64,000 nucleotides of DNA from Hydrurus foetidus (taxonomy: Eukaryota), in contig UYFQ01000001.1 in the NCBI GenBank assembly GCA_900617105.1, positions 1,922,001 through 1,986,000 of the forward strand, in the 5' to 3' direction. The notes under the pieces are model-generated. The model ran no database searches, was not told the DNA's origin, and was given only the letters and a program-made list of their open reading frames with translations. Each line of letters starts with the position of its first letter. Within the stretch, counting starts at the first letter, position 1. Below, one piece after another: positions 47,688 to 59,162 of this stretch. The translations under genes and the position numbers were made by a program.

Positions 47688-48214
47688 ACACTCACGACGA
47701 CCATGGCGAGCAAGACAGCGCTGCGCCGCCAGTCACTCGCTTTCAAAAAATATGCAGTGTATTGATGGCCAGTTGCCTGGGCGTGATGGCTGTTGCGGTG
47801 TTTATCAACGTGCTGCTGCGCTACGGCTTTGGCAGCGGCATAGCAGCCAGCGAAGAGCTGAGCCGCCTGCTGTTTGTGTGGATGGTGTTTATTGGCGCCA
47901 CAGCAGCGTACCCAGCTGGCGAACACATGGCCTTCACGTCGCTGGTTGCCGCCCTGCAAAAGCGCCCCGTTGCCATGCGGCTGGCCACGGTGTTGATCAG
48001 GGTGCTGGTGATTTTGGGCAGTGGCCTGGTCGCATGGGGCGCCTGGCAGCAAGTTGTTGTTGGCATGGGCGGCAAGTCGGTGGTGATGGGCTACCCCACT
48101 GCCCTGCTGCCCTTGCCCGCCCTGCTGTGCACGGCGGCGATTGCCCTGATGGCGATTGCCGAGCTAGTTAAACAAACCCCGCTTGAACTGGGTCATGGCG
48201 CAGAAGTGGAGTAA
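47684..48214 (+). CDS. dctQ: TRAP small permease
   Basis: NVLLRY..SEELSRLLFVWMVFIGA; 4 TM. Confidence 0.9.
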   Translation: MNTHDDHGEQDSAAPPVTRFQKICSVLMASCLGVMAVAVFINVLLRYGFGSGIAASEELSRLLFVWMVFIGATAAYPAGEHMAFTSLVAALQKRPVAMRLATVLIRVLVILGSGLVAWGAWQQVVVGMGGKSVVMGYPTALLPLPALLCTAAIALMAIAELVKQTPLELGHGAEVE

Positions 48215-48220
48215 CGATAA

Positions 48221-49522
48221 ATGTTTGGTATGACCCCAGAAGCCTCGGCTTTTATTGTTTTTTCAGTCGGCATGCTGCTGATGATGGGTATTGGCATGAA
48301 CATGGCGCTGGCGCTGGTGCTGACGGGCGCTGGCATGGCCTGGGTACTCGGCTTTTGGAATACCCAATTGCTGGCGCAAAACTTGGTGGCAGGGGTCGAC
48401 AGCTTTCCGCTGCTGGCCGTGCCGTTTTTTATTTTGGCCGGGGAGTTAATGAACTCTGGCGGCATCAGTACCCGCATCATCACCATGGCGCAGGCTTGGG
48501 TGGGCCACATACGCGGCGGGCTGGGCTACGTGGCCATTGGCGCTGCCGTGCTGATGGCGTCCATGAGTGGCTCAGCTCTGGCCGACACCGCGGCGCTGGC
48601 CACTATTTTGCTGCCCATGATGAAGCGCCAAGGCTACCCGATGCACACCTCGGCTGGCTTGATTGCGTCTGGCGGCATCATCGCGCCAATTATTCCGCCG
48701 TCCATGCCGTTTGTAGTTTACGGCGTGACCACCAACACGTCAATTTCAGCGTTGTTTATTTCGGGCATCGTGCCGGGTCTGATCATGGGCGCAGGCTTGA
48801 TCGTTGCGTGGAATATTGTGCTGCGCAAAATGGATTTGCCATCAGGCACCGCCCTGCCCTTTAAAGAAAAAGTGCGCGCTACCGTCAAGGCATTTTGGGC
48901 GCTATTGATGCCGCTGATCATCATTGGCGGCATGAAGACTGGCATTTTTACGCCAACAGAAGCCGCTGTAGTCGCCGCGTTTTACGCACTGGTGGTGGCA
49001 CTATTCATTCACCGCGAAATGAAGTTGCCTGAGATCAATGGCGTGCTAGTGCGTGCCGCCAAAACGACGGCGATTGTGATGTTTTTGTGTGCGGGTGCGC
49101 AAGTGGCCAGCTACATGATCACCCTGGCAGACCTGCCGAGCGTTCTGGTAGCTTGGTTAGGCCCGCTGGTAGACAGCCCACGCCTGCTGATGGCCGTGAT
49201 GATGATTGCCTTGATCGTGATTGGCACCGCACTTGATTTAACGCCCACCATTTTGATTTTTGCCCCGGTCATGTTGCCGATTGCCGTGAAGGCGGGTATT
49301 GACCCAGTGTACTTTGGCCTGATGTTTATTTTGAACGGCGCAATTGGCCTGATTACGCCACCGGTTGGCACGGTGCTCAATGTGGTGGCTGGGGTCGGCC
49401 GCATATCGATGGCGCAAGTGGTCAAAGGCGTGAACCCGTTTTTAATTACTTACCTCATTATTTTGATTACGTTTGTATTTTTTCCGCAGATTGTTACTGC
49501 GCCAGTTGCCTGGATGCGTTAA
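48221..49522 (+). CDS. dctM: TRAP large permease
   Basis: FPLLAVPFFILAGELMN, IIPPS, FTPTEAA, ITPPVG. Confidence 0.93.
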   Translation: MFGMTPEASAFIVFSVGMLLMMGIGMNMALALVLTGAGMAWVLGFWNTQLLAQNLVAGVDSFPLLAVPFFILAGELMNSGGISTRIITMAQAWVGHIRGGLGYVAIGAAVLMASMSGSALADTAALATILLPMMKRQGYPMHTSAGLIASGGIIAPIIPPSMPFVVYGVTTNTSISALFISGIVPGLIMGAGLIVAWNIVLRKMDLPSGTALPFKEKVRATVKAFWALLMPLIIIGGMKTGIFTPTEAAVVAAFYALVVALFIHREMKLPEINGVLVRAAKTTAIVMFLCAGAQVASYMITLADLPSVLVAWLGPLVDSPRLLMAVMMIALIVIGTALDLTPTILIFAPVMLPIAVKAGIDPVYFGLMFILNGAIGLITPPVGTVLNVVAGVGRISMAQVVKGVNPFLITYLIILITFVFFPQIVTAPVAWMR

Positions 49523-49566
49523 CTTTTCTTTTTATTGCTTACTACTTACCACCAACGGAGACAACC

Positions 49567-50586
49567 ATGACCCTTTTTAGACGAACCCTTATCGCTGCCG
49601 CAACTGTGGCCACGCTGGCCGCGCCCTTTGCTGCCCTGTCCCAAGACATCAAACCCCGCCTCATTCGCTTTGGCTATGGCCTGAACGAAGCCAGCAACCA
49701 GGGCCGCGCGGCCAAAGTGTTTGCTGATGCGGTTGACAAAGCCTCTGGCGGCAAAATGAAAGTGCGTGCTGTAGGGGCAGCCGCTTTGGGCCCTGACACG
49801 CAAATGCAGCAAGCCCTGATTGGCGGCGCACAAGAAATGATGGTGGGTTCAACCGCTACGCTGGTCGGCATCACCAAAGAAATGGCGCTGTGGGACACAC
49901 CGTTTTTGTTCAGCAACGTGAAAGAAGCAGACGCCCTGCTTGATGGCCCCATCGGCGACAAAATCAGAGCCAAGCTGCAAGACAAAGGCCTGGTCGGTTT
50001 GGTGTATTGGGAAAACGGCTTTCGCAACCTGACCAACAGCAAGCGCCCCGTCAACAAACTTGAAGACCTGGACGGCATCAAGCTGCGCGTGATGCAAAAC
50101 AACGTGTTTTTGACCAGCTTCAACACGCTGGGCGCGAATGCGGTGCCGATGTCGTTTTCTGAATTGTTCGGCGCGTTAGAGACCAAAACCGTTGACGGCC
50201 AGGAAAACCCGTTCAACACCATCTTGTCGAGCAAGTTTTACGAAGTGCAAAAGTACCTGACCGTGACCAACCACGTCTACAGCCCGTGGATTGTTCTGGT
50301 CAGCAAAAAGTGGTGGGACGGCTTGTCAAAAGACGAGCAAAAAGTGCTGAACGACGCCGCTATGCTCAGCCGCGACTTTGAGCGCAAAGACACGCGTGAA
50401 GAAGCTGCCAAGGCGGTGGCTGACCTCAAAGCCAAGGGCATGGCAGTCAATGAATTGCCCCGTGCAGAAGCCGACCGAATGCGGAACAAGCTGACCCGTG
50501 TGTACGGCCTGATTGCGGCTGAAGTCGGCATGGACACGTGGATTGAAACGCAAAGCCAGCTGGCAAAAATTCGCGGCCAAAAGTAA
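49567..50586 (+). CDS. dctP: TRAP substrate-binding protein
   Basis: WENGFR, GIKLRVM, VDGQENP, YEVQKY. Confidence 0.93.
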   Translation: MTLFRRTLIAAATVATLAAPFAALSQDIKPRLIRFGYGLNEASNQGRAAKVFADAVDKASGGKMKVRAVGAAALGPDTQMQQALIGGAQEMMVGSTATLVGITKEMALWDTPFLFSNVKEADALLDGPIGDKIRAKLQDKGLVGLVYWENGFRNLTNSKRPVNKLEDLDGIKLRVMQNNVFLTSFNTLGANAVPMSFSELFGALETKTVDGQENPFNTILSSKFYEVQKYLTVTNHVYSPWIVLVSKKWWDGLSKDEQKVLNDAAMLSRDFERKDTREEAAKAVADLKAKGMAVNELPRAEADRMRNKLTRVYGLIAAEVGMDTWIETQSQLAKIRGQK

Positions 50587-50605
50587 GCAAAAAAAGCTGC
50601 TTTTA

Positions 50606-50632
50606 AAAAAACCCGGCACTGCCGGGTTTTTT
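50606..50632 (+). terminator. Intrinsic terminator after dctP
   Basis: AAAAAACCCGGC-ACT-GCCGGGTTTTTT. Confidence 0.9.
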
Positions 50633-50730
50633 CGTTTTGCAGTGCTGGCAATTGATGCGAGCCAAGCTGATAATCTTGGGGCGGCGCATGATAGTTTATC
50701 TGCTGGGCATGACTCGGTGAGTACATTCAC

Positions 50731-50786
50731 ACTATTTAATTTATAGCTGCTCGCGCCCGTATTTATTGGTTAAAAGGCAAAAATGA
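50731..50786 (+). repeat. 56-bp element copy 14; tail contains the SDR start codon
   Basis: actatttaatttatagctgctcgcgcccgtatttattggttaaaaggcaaaaATG. Confidence 0.88.
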
Positions 50787-51562
50787 CACTCAATTTAGCC
50801 ATAAATTTCGGTTTGCAAGGCCGTGTGTGCATAGTCACGGGTGGCGCGCAAGGCATTGGCCAAGCTTGCGCGCGGCGGTTTGCGCGCGAAGGCGCACACG
50901 TCGTTATTGTCGATGTCGACAACGCCAAAGGACAAGCGCTGGCAGACGAGCTCAAAGCCAGCTATTTTGAATGTGATGTGGGCAGCAGTGCAGCTGTTCA
51001 GGCCATGGTCAAGCACGCTACTGCCTTGCATGGCCGCATTGATGTGTTGGTCAACAACGCGGGGATTTTTAAAGCGGCTGATTTTTTGGATGTGACTGAA
51101 GCCGACTTTGACGCCGTACTGCGCGTTAACCTCAAAGGGGCGTTTTTAGCCGGGCAAGCGGTGGCGCGTGAAATGACCAAAACTGGCGGCGGGGCCATCG
51201 TCAATATGAGCTCGGTTAATGGCGTGCTGGCTATTCCCAGCATTGCCAGCTACAACGTCAGCAAAGGCGGCATCAACCAGCTAACGCGCGTTATGGCGCT
51301 GGCGCTGGCGCTGGCCGACGCTGGCGTTCGCGTCAATGCCGTCGCCCCCGGCACCATCGCCACCGAGCTGGCGGCGCGTGCCGTACTGACCAGCGAAGAA
51401 GCCCGGCAAAAAATAATGAGCCGCACGCCACTTAAACGCTTGGGTACCCCGGAGGAAGTTGCCGATGTAGTGGCCTTTTTGGCCAGCGACGCTGCCAGCT
51501 ACATGACAGGTGAGATCGTGGTGGTCGATGGTGGCCGTATGGCGCTGAACTACACCGTTTGA
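50783..51562 (+). CDS. SDR oxidoreductase
   Basis: TGGAQGIG, VNNAG, YNVSK, VNAVAPG, VDGG. Confidence 0.9.
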   Translation: MTLNLAINFGLQGRVCIVTGGAQGIGQACARRFAREGAHVVIVDVDNAKGQALADELKASYFECDVGSSAAVQAMVKHATALHGRIDVLVNNAGIFKAADFLDVTEADFDAVLRVNLKGAFLAGQAVAREMTKTGGGAIVNMSSVNGVLAIPSIASYNVSKGGINQLTRVMALALALADAGVRVNAVAPGTIATELAARAVLTSEEARQKIMSRTPLKRLGTPEEVADVVAFLASDAASYMTGEIVVVDGGRMALNYTV

Positions 51563-51586
51563 CGCAGGTTCATACCCGCTCTGCTG

Positions 51587-52339
51587 CTATGCCAACACGC
51601 CATCTGCGGTGTTTTCATTGCGCAGCTGCGCAGTTCGCCGGTTAATCAAACTCGCCGCAATGGTCCACTTGGCCCGGGTAACCCAACTGGATCTGTCCAG
51701 CAAGGAAGGTTGGTTTGCGTAAAAGCACTCTGGGTCGTGCGCCACCCCAAAGTCGATCAGTGGCATGCTCGACGGGTCCTCAAAGGCGTATTGGCTGTGC
51801 GCGTCGTCTAGCCCACTCCAGTAACGACGGCCTTGGGCATGAATGCCGTAACCCAACACGCGGCCTTCTTGTTTCAAACGCTGCAGCGCGCCGGCTTCCA
51901 GTGCATCGTCTACAACGTAGCTGTCGGCTTGCACCCAACGCTCGTTCAAGTACGCCTCGCCTATGGCGTGGGTGATGTTGGTGCTGCCCAAATCAACAAT
52001 GCCGCGTAAAAACGCGCCCTGCAGGCTGACAAACCGCAGCCGCGCCGGTATGCCAGACGAGCGCAGCAACGCCACAAAAAGTGTACCTTTGGTATGGCAA
52101 TCACCGCGTTGGCTTTTAAGCACAACCGCTGCACCTTGATGGCCGTTTAAGGCAATGCAGCCGAAAGGCAGTGCCTTGATGTAGTCGTGCACCAGCGTGG
52201 CTTTGTGCACATCAGTTGACGCAAGCTGGGTAATGCGCATCGCCTGAATTCTGAGCTTGGAGTCGTCCAGGTCAAGCAGGCGTGTACCTGCCAGGCAGGC
52301 GGAAGGATCAAAAAGCGAATCAGGAGGGGAAGGTATCAA
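51587..52339 (-). CDS. Transglutaminase-like domain protein (start uncertain)
   Basis: GDCHTKGTLFVALLRSSGIPARL; H..E..W...D triad pattern. Confidence 0.8.
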   Translation of the reverse strand: MIPSPPDSLFDPSACLAGTRLLDLDDSKLRIQAMRITQLASTDVHKATLVHDYIKALPFGCIALNGHQGAAVVLKSQRGDCHTKGTLFVALLRSSGIPARLRFVSLQGAFLRGIVDLGSTNITHAIGEAYLNERWVQADSYVVDDALEAGALQRLKQEGRVLGYGIHAQGRRYWSGLDDAHSQYAFEDPSSMPLIDFGVAHDPECFYANQPSLLDRSSWVTRAKWTIAASLINRRTAQLRNENTADGVLA

Positions 52340-52747
52340 AGCTAATGTCTGCCAAAGCGTTGGTCACAACATTCTGCAACGGGCGATGTCGCCGAGCACT
52401 GCGGAAAACCCTTGGCACGGATCACAGAACAGCCGTTGTACGGCTACGCCAAAGCAGCATAGAACAAGTTTTTCTACATCGGACAAAAGCATGCGGTGAC
52501 CTATGCCAGCCGGTAAATTGGACCATTTTCAATTCTGGAGGGCGTTCAATGTCAAAAATGCGGCCAAACAAGACGTTGGCCTTGCCTTGCCAAACCACCG
52601 CGCTAAATCGGCAATGCTGGCATACAGCGGCATAGCGTTGCTTTAGTCGTGCAGCGGAAACCGAAGCAGAATCAATGCTGATTTTGTGAGCGACGTGCTA
52701 AATTATGGCTTTAAAAACCATAAACGTATTGCATACTAAGCCATACA

Positions 52748-53023
52748 GTGAAAGCTCAGCTTGTTCTCCGGACTAAAACCAGCCATCAAGGGGGAGTGAT
52801 TGAGATGGTGGTTTGGCAGGTGCCGAAGCCTGTGCCTCCTTCAGAGCATGCTTTTAAATACCGCTTAGTTTTCATCCGTGAGCATAAGTGTCTTGTGGGG
52901 TACGACAACGAGCGCGGTAAAGGTGATCACAAACACTTGGGCACGTTTGAAGTGCCATATAAATTTGTAGATATTGAAACCCTTATGGCGGACTTTCTCC
53001 GCGACGTGGAGGCCAAACAATGA
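52748..53023 (+). CDS. DUF6516 (TumE-like) protein, putative toxin-antitoxin component
   Basis: VIEMVVWQVP.PV..S.H.FKYRL..YDNERGKGDHKH..F..DV. Confidence 0.75.
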   Translation: MKAQLVLRTKTSHQGGVIEMVVWQVPKPVPPSEHAFKYRLVFIREHKCLVGYDNERGKGDHKHLGTFEVPYKFVDIETLMADFLRDVEAKQ

Positions 53024-53403
53024 CAACTAGCAACCAAATTTTAAATGTGACTGTAGGCGAATCTTTGCGCGACGCGGGTGCGCGCGCGGCTGCCACCATG
53101 AAGGCGCTTGCACAAGGTAAAAAAGTACAACCCCACTTTAGCGTGAACTTCGAACAAATCGGCCAGATGCTCGCCGCCTTCACGCCCAAACGCTGGGAGC
53201 TGATTGCCGCATTGCGCCAAGCGGGTCCATTGACCGTGGCTGAATTGGCTCGCCGCTTAAGCCGCGACTATAAAAACGTCCACACCGACGTGAACCAGTT
53301 GATCGAGTGGATGGCCGTAGAGCGCGGCGATGACGGCCGAGTGAATGTGCCTTGGTCGGAGATTGTTGTGGATATGAAGTTGCCGGAACGGGTTGCGGCC
53401 TGA
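53020..53403 (+). CDS. Winged-HTH regulator (HVO_A0114-like), partner of DUF6516
   Basis: TPKRWELI..L..GP.TVAELARRL.RDYKNVHTDV; 4-bp overlap. Confidence 0.78.
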   Translation: MTTSNQILNVTVGESLRDAGARAAATMKALAQGKKVQPHFSVNFEQIGQMLAAFTPKRWELIAALRQAGPLTVAELARRLSRDYKNVHTDVNQLIEWMAVERGDDGRVNVPWSEIVVDMKLPERVAA

Positions 53404-53438
53404 GCATTCAAACTCCTATCGAAAAATACAACGTCGCC

Positions 53439-53801
53439 ATGCAAATATCCCCTGCCGTTCCCATCCTTCGTATCTTTGCTGAAGGCAAGGCAAAAGAGTT
53501 TTATCTTGAATTTCTGGGTTTTACGCTTGAATGGGAGCATCGATTCGAAACTAACTTTCCGCTATACGCTGAAATCAAACGCTCCGATCTGACGCTGCAT
53601 TTAAGCGAGCACCATGGCGACGCGACCCCTGGGGCCGCGGTGTTTGTACCCATGAAATACATCGCTGCATTTCAAAATGAGTTGATTCTCTAGAATTACA
53701 AATACGCTAACCCTGCGATTCAAGATTTGCCGTGGGGACGCGTGATGGAAGTGACCGATCCGTTTGGAAAAAAGATCAGGTTTTGTGAATTGTCAAATTA
53801 A
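53439..53801 (+). pseudogene. Glyoxalase/VOC-superfamily protein with in-frame TAG at 53691
   Basis: PILRIF..KAKEFY..LHLSEHHGDATPG; after the TAG frame continues NYKYANP..PWGRVMEVTDPFGKKIRFCE to TAA 53801. Confidence 0.82.
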
Positions 53802-53826
53802 TGCTGGGTTTTACAAACTACCGAGC

Positions 53827-53855
53827 AAAAAAAGCGGCCCAAAGGCCGCTTTTTT
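53827..53855. terminator. Bidirectional intrinsic terminator
   Basis: AAAAAAAGCGGCC-CAAA-GGCCGCTTTTTT between convergent genes. Confidence 0.9.
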
Positions 53856-53878
53856 AAGACGCAGAGCTGATACAAAAA

Positions 53879-56503
53879 TCAGGCGGCCACAGCGCCTTTG
53901 GTCGCATCTGCCGTAGCCGCCAAGTCCGTGTAATCCTTGACCTTGTCAAAGTTCAAATACTGGTAAATCTGGTCGCTAGATGCCGTCAGCACGCCCATGT
54001 CCGCCATGTATTCAGCCTTGGTCGGGATGCGGCCCAGCTTGGAGCAAATCGCTGCGAGTTCGGCTGAACCCAGGTACACGTTGGAGTTTTTGCCCAAGCG
54101 GTTGGGGAAGTTGCGGGTAGAAGTTGAGAACACCGTTGCGCCTTCTTTGACCTGTGCCTGGTTGCCCATGCACAGGCTGCAGCCTGGCATTTCCATGCGC
54201 GCACCGGCGCTGCCGAGCACGCCGTAATGGCCCTCTTCAGTCAACTGCTTGGCATCCATCTTGGTGGGCGGAGCCATCCAGAGTTTGACGGGAATGTCGC
54301 GCTTGTTTTCAAGCAGTTTTGACGCGGCGCGGAAGTGGCCGATGTTGGTCATGCAGCTGCCGATGAAGACTTCATCGATCTTGCTGCCCGCCACATCTGC
54401 CAATGTTTTCACATCATCCGGGTCGTTCGGGCAGGCGACGATAGGCTCGAGAATATCAGCCAGATCAATTTCAATGACGGCGGCGTATTCAGCGTCTGCA
54501 TCGCCTTTGAGCAATTGCGGGTCGGCCAGCCAGGCTTCCATCGCGGCGATACGGCGCTGGATGGTGCGCACGTCCGAGTAGCCGGTGGCAATCATCCACT
54601 TGAGCATGGTGATGTTGCTGGTGATGTACTCGATGATCGGCTCTTTGTTCAGGTGCACGGTGCAACCACCAGCTGACCGTTCAGCTGATGCGTCGCTCAA
54701 TTCGAACGCTTGTTCGACTTTCAGATTTGGCAGGCCTTCAATCTCAAGGATGCGGCCAGAGAACACATTGACTTTGCCCTGCTTGGCAACCGTCAGCAAA
54801 CCAGCCTTGATGGCGTACAGCGGAATGGCGTTAACGAGGTCACGCAGCGTGATGCCAGGCTGCATTTCACCTTTGAAGCGCACCAACACTGACTCCGGCA
54901 TGTCCAGCGGCATCACGCCTGTGGCCGCACCAAAAGCCACCAGACCAGAGCCTGCGGGAAAGCTGATGCCAATCGGGAAACGGGTGTGGCTGTCGCCACC
55001 CGTGCCGACTGTGTCTGGCAACAACATGCGGTTCAACCAGCTGTGAATAATGCCGTCACCCGGGCGCAAGGGAATGCCGCCGCGCGTGCTGATGAAGTCT
55101 GGCAGCTCGTGGTGCATTTTCACGTCAACTGGCTTGGGGTATGCCGCTGTGTGGCAAAACGACTGCATAACCAGGTCAGCGCTAAAGCCCAGGCAGGCCA
55201 GGTCTTTCAACTCATCACGCGTCATCGGGCCGGTAGTGTCTTGTGAACCAACGGAGGTCATTTTTGGCTCGCAATAGGTACCGGGGCGCACGCCCTGGCC
55301 TTCAGGCAAACCGACGGCGCGGCCGACCATCTTTTGTGCGAGGGTAAAGCCACGCCCGTTATCCAGCGGGTCTTGCGGCAGGCGGAACTGGGTTGATGCG
55401 GGCAAGCCCAATGCAAAGCGTGCCTTGGCGGTCAGGCCACGGCCAACAATCAAAGGAATGCGGCCACCGGCGCGCACTTCGTCGAACAGCACCTCGCTTT
55501 TCAATTTAAATTCAGCGATGACTTTGCCGTCTTTCAGTGCCTTGCCGTCATACGGACGCAACTCAATCACGTCGCCCATTCGCATATCGCTCACGTCCAA
55601 CTCAATCGGCAACGCGCCTGAGTCTTCCATCGTATTGTAGAAAATTGGCGCAATTTTTGAGCCCAAACACACACCACCAAAACGCTTGTTCGGCACAAAC
55701 GGAATGTCTTGACCGGTGAACCACAACACCGAGTTGGTGGCTGACTTGCGTGATGAACCCGTGCCGACCACGTCCCCCACGTAGGCGACCAGATGGCCTT
55801 TGGCTTTGAGTGAATCGATGAATTTGACAGGGCCGCGCTTGCCTTCTTCTTCTGGCGTAACACCAAGGCGCGGGTTTTTGTGCATAGCCAAGGCGTGCAG
55901 CGGAATGTCTGGGCGGCTCCAGGCGTCAGGTGCAGGAGACAAATCGTCGGTGTTGATTTCGCCCGCGACTTTAAAGACAGTCAGCATGATGGACTCAGGC
56001 ACTTCAGGGCGCGTGGTGAACCATTCGGCATTTGCCCAGCTTTGCATCACGGCTTTGGCGTAGGTGTTGCCCTTGTCGGCTTTTTCTTTGACGTCGTGGA
56101 ACTGGTCAAACATGAGCAGCGTGTTTTTCAAACCGGCTGCGGCTTGCGTGGCCACGCTGGCCTCGGCATCGTCAAGCAGTGCAATCATTGGGCTGATGTT
56201 ATAGCCGCCCAGCATGGTGCCCAGCAGTTGTGCTGCGTGCTCGCGTGAGATCAGCGCGCATTTTTCAGTGCCGTGCGCCACAGCGGCCAAATAGCTGGCT
56301 TTAACCTTGGCGGCGTTGTCTACGCCTGCTGGCACGCGGTGGGTAATGAGCTCGACTAAAAAAGTCTCTTCACCTTTAGGTGGCGCTTTCAGCAGCTCAA
56401 TGACATCAGCCGTTTGTGCAGCAGACAACGGCAGTGGCGGAATGCCAAGCACTGCGCGCTCGGCCACATGGTTGCGGTAGGTTTGAAGGAAAGTTGACGA
56501 CAT
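53879..56503 (-). CDS. acnB: Aconitate hydratase B
   Basis: [45 protein letters not shown]. Confidence 0.97.
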   Translation of the reverse strand: MSSTFLQTYRNHVAERAVLGIPPLPLSAAQTADVIELLKAPPKGEETFLVELITHRVPAGVDNAAKVKASYLAAVAHGTEKCALISREHAAQLLGTMLGGYNISPMIALLDDAEASVATQAAAGLKNTLLMFDQFHDVKEKADKGNTYAKAVMQSWANAEWFTTRPEVPESIMLTVFKVAGEINTDDLSPAPDAWSRPDIPLHALAMHKNPRLGVTPEEEGKRGPVKFIDSLKAKGHLVAYVGDVVGTGSSRKSATNSVLWFTGQDIPFVPNKRFGGVCLGSKIAPIFYNTMEDSGALPIELDVSDMRMGDVIELRPYDGKALKDGKVIAEFKLKSEVLFDEVRAGGRIPLIVGRGLTAKARFALGLPASTQFRLPQDPLDNGRGFTLAQKMVGRAVGLPEGQGVRPGTYCEPKMTSVGSQDTTGPMTRDELKDLACLGFSADLVMQSFCHTAAYPKPVDVKMHHELPDFISTRGGIPLRPGDGIIHSWLNRMLLPDTVGTGGDSHTRFPIGISFPAGSGLVAFGAATGVMPLDMPESVLVRFKGEMQPGITLRDLVNAIPLYAIKAGLLTVAKQGKVNVFSGRILEIEGLPNLKVEQAFELSDASAERSAGGCTVHLNKEPIIEYITSNITMLKWMIATGYSDVRTIQRRIAAMEAWLADPQLLKGDADAEYAAVIEIDLADILEPIVACPNDPDDVKTLADVAGSKIDEVFIGSCMTNIGHFRAASKLLENKRDIPVKLWMAPPTKMDAKQLTEEGHYGVLGSAGARMEMPGCSLCMGNQAQVKEGATVFSTSTRNFPNRLGKNSNVYLGSAELAAICSKLGRIPTKAEYMADMGVLTASSDQIYQYLNFDKVKDYTDLAATADATKGAVAA

Positions 56504-56556
56504 GTTTTTTCTCTCTCTAGCGGTGGCGGTCAATAAAAAATTGTGATGCGGGTCAG

Positions 56557-57159
56557 TTACTTGACGAAAGTTGGCGCATCGAGCAGGCCGGGGCGCGGGT
56601 TTCTTTTGATGTCATCAGCCACGGTAGCTTGCGACGGGCTCATGCATTCATCGGCCAGGCGCTTGCCAAGCTTTTGGCTCATCAACATGGACTTGTTGCC
56701 CAGCTGCAGCCAGATAGCGCCGGCTTTGGGGTCTTCAAGCCGAACAGCGCCGGTGCGGCTGTCGACCGGGTGCATTCTGAAGCGCGCGCCCTGGGTTTGC
56801 ACCACAAAAAAGCCCGGCCTGCGGGTGCTGGGCGTAACGGTGACTGACGCGCCAAATTCGCACGGAATGCTGCCAACAAAAACACGCTGCGCCATTTCAA
56901 GGTCTTGCGCGCTTAGCGTGATGGTCGGGTCTTCATCAATCGGCGTGACTTCTTCGACAGCCTTTAATGCAGAGCGTCGCACCGCTGCGGGCGATTTGTC
57001 GGCGTTGGGTTTGGCTGCGGCTTTTTTGGCAGCTGTGGGGGCCGCGCTGGTCGCGGGCGATGTAGTCGAAGTGGGCGAAGGCGCAGCGGTTTGTGCCAGC
57101 AGCACAGCGGGGACAGTCAATAGGGCTAAATTAACCAATGCAGCAAGTGCAAACTTCAT
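56557..57159 (-). CDS. Hypothetical exported protein in TCA cluster
   Basis: Signal peptide; [30 protein letters not shown]. Confidence 0.78.
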   Translation of the reverse strand: MKFALAALVNLALLTVPAVLLAQTAAPSPTSTTSPATSAAPTAAKKAAAKPNADKSPAAVRRSALKAVEEVTPIDEDPTITLSAQDLEMAQRVFVGSIPCEFGASVTVTPSTRRPGFFVVQTQGARFRMHPVDSRTGAVRLEDPKAGAIWLQLGNKSMLMSQKLGKRLADECMSPSQATVADDIKRNPRPGLLDAPTFVK

Positions 57160-57186
57160 GAGCGCTCCAGATTAAAAAAAGAAAAG

Positions 57187-58176
57187 TTAAACACACGGCG
57201 ACGAAAAGAACGCCTGCGCCTCAGGCGGCAGTACCCTGCCGGTGCGGTGCGCGCGCTCCAGCACCTGCCAAAAGTAGCGGTAGCTGGCGCGGTCATGCAA
57301 TTGGCCGTTAAAACTGATCGGAGCCCAATTAATACGGGCGCAAGCAGCTATTATTTTAGTAGCGACATCGATTTCTGCTTCAGTCGGGGCAAAGGCCTCC
57401 AGAATCGGCCGAATCTGGTTGGGGTGAATGCTCCACATGCGTGTGTAGCCGAACGATCGCGCAGCTTGCCGGGCCGCTGCCTTGACTGCATCGAGATCGT
57501 TAAACTCGGTCACCACGCAGTGCGAAGGCGTTTTGCCGTGCGCGTGGCAGCTGGACGCAATATCCAGCTTGGCGCGGGTCACCAACGGATGGGTGAACTG
57601 CCCGTGGCTGCTCATGGCCTCAGCCGGAATAGCGCCGCCGTGGCTGGAGACAAAATCCATCAGCCCAAAACTGATCGACTGCACGCGCGGGTGGGCCGCA
57701 ATTTCAAAGGCGCGGTGAATGGCTGCCGGGGATTCCAACAACACATGCAAGGGCAAATGCGCGCCCTTGGCGGCGTCCAGCGCTGCTTCAGCTGTCGTCA
57801 CGTCGGCTCTAGACTCCACTTTTGGCACCATGATGTGGCACAGCCTGTTGCCCGCTTGGCCAACAATCGCAGCAACATCTGCAGCAAACGCAGGATGGTC
57901 TATCGCGTGAACCCGTACTGCCACACGGGCACCTGCCGGGGCCGATTGCGCCATTGCCACGACCATGGCTGCGTGGTCGGCCTCGCCACCTATGGGCGCG
58001 CCGTCTTCGCAATCAAGCGTGACATCAAAAACACTCGCGCCAAACTCTTGAGTCATCTCGGCCTGCAATTGCAGGCTTTTGCGCATGCGCGACTCCACCC
58101 CGCTGTAGTGGTCGCACACTGGTAGAAAACCAGTGGCGGCCTGAGCTTTGATAAGAATGTCGCGCGGGTGGCTCAT
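57187..58176 (-). CDS. HpcH/HpaI aldolase / CitE-like lyase
   Basis: TLDCEDGA, FGLMDFVS, MWSIHP.QI, HDRASYRY. Confidence 0.88.
   Translation of the reverse strand: MSHPRDILIKAQAATGFLPVCDHYSGVESRMRKSLQLQAEMTQEFGASVFDVTLDCEDGAPIGGEADHAAMVVAMAQSAPAGARVAVRVHAIDHPAFAADVAAIVGQAGNRLCHIMVPKVESRADVTTAEAALDAAKGAHLPLHVLLESPAAIHRAFEIAAHPRVQSISFGLMDFVSSHGGAIPAEAMSSHGQFTHPLVTRAKLDIASSCHAHGKTPSHCVVTEFNDLDAVKAAARQAARSFGYTRMWSIHPNQIRPILEAFAPTEAEIDVATKIIAACARINWAPISFNGQLHDRASYRYFWQVLERAHRTGRVLPPEAQAFFSSPCV
57308..57363 (-). repeat. 56-bp element copy 15, in-frame in CitE-like gene (ATKIIAACARINWAPISF)
   Basis: Reverse complement gctactaaaataatagctgcttgcgcccgtattaattgggctccgatcagtttt. Confidence 0.88.
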
Positions 58177-58382
58177 CACAGCAAGTGTTTAACGCCGTCT
58201 TGCTCGCCCTGCAACTCAGCCAGGGTTTTGTTGATGCAGGTCTGGCTGAACTCGTCAATTGCCAAGCCCTCAACCAGCTTGTATTCGCCGCCTTCACAAG
58301 TCACAGGAAAGCCAAACATGGCGCCCGCCGGAATGCCGTATTGACCGCTTGATGCAATGCCCATCGTCACCCATTTGCCGTT

Positions 58383-58415
<33 letters not shown>

Positions 58416-59162
58416 GGCTGCGTTGGCAGCTGATGCGGCTGAGGACACACCGCGCGCTTCAATGATGGCAGCGCCGCGTTTGCCAACGGTTGGTAAAAAG
58501 GTGTTGGCGTTCCAGTCTTGGTCGTTGATCATGGCGGCAACGCTCTCGCCCTTGATAGTGGCAAAGCGGTAGTCCGCGTACATGGTGGGTGAATGGTTGC
58601 CCCATACGCAGAGCTTTTCAATGTCGGCCACCGCTTTGCCGGTTTTAGCAGCAACCTGGCTGGCCGCACGGTTGTGGTCCAGGCGCAGCATGGCGGTAAA
58701 GTTTTTTGCAGGCAAATCGGGTGCGCTTTTCATGGCTATCCACGCGTTGGTGTTGGCCGGGTTGCCGACCACCAACACTTTGACGTTGCGGCTGGCTACA
58801 GCGTTCAGTGCCTTGCCCTGCGCGATGAAAATAGCGCCATTCACGGCCAGCAGCTCGGCACGCTCCATACCCGGGCCGCGTGGGCGCGAGCCGACCAGCA
58901 AAGCGTAGTCGGTGTCTTTGAAAGCGGTCATGGGGTCGCTGTGGGCTTCGATGCCCACCAGCAGCGGAAAGGCGCAATCGTCCAGTTCCATCATCACGCC
59001 CTTGAGCGCTTTTTGTGGGCCTTCAACCGGGACTTCAAGCAGCTGCAAAATCACGGGCTGGTCTTTGCCCAGCATTTCGCCAGAGGCAATGCGAAACAGC
59101 AGCGCGTAGCCAATTTGGCCGGCTGCACCAGTAACGGCAACGCGGACGGGCTTTTTAGTCAT
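58176..59162 (-). CDS. mdh: Malate dehydrogenase
   Basis: [40 protein letters not shown]. Confidence 0.97.

Noticed and set aside
51293..51316. CTGGCG repeat giving ALALALA in the SDR (also LLLLL near 34795)
   Set aside because: Minor in-frame slippage, no evidence of phase variation
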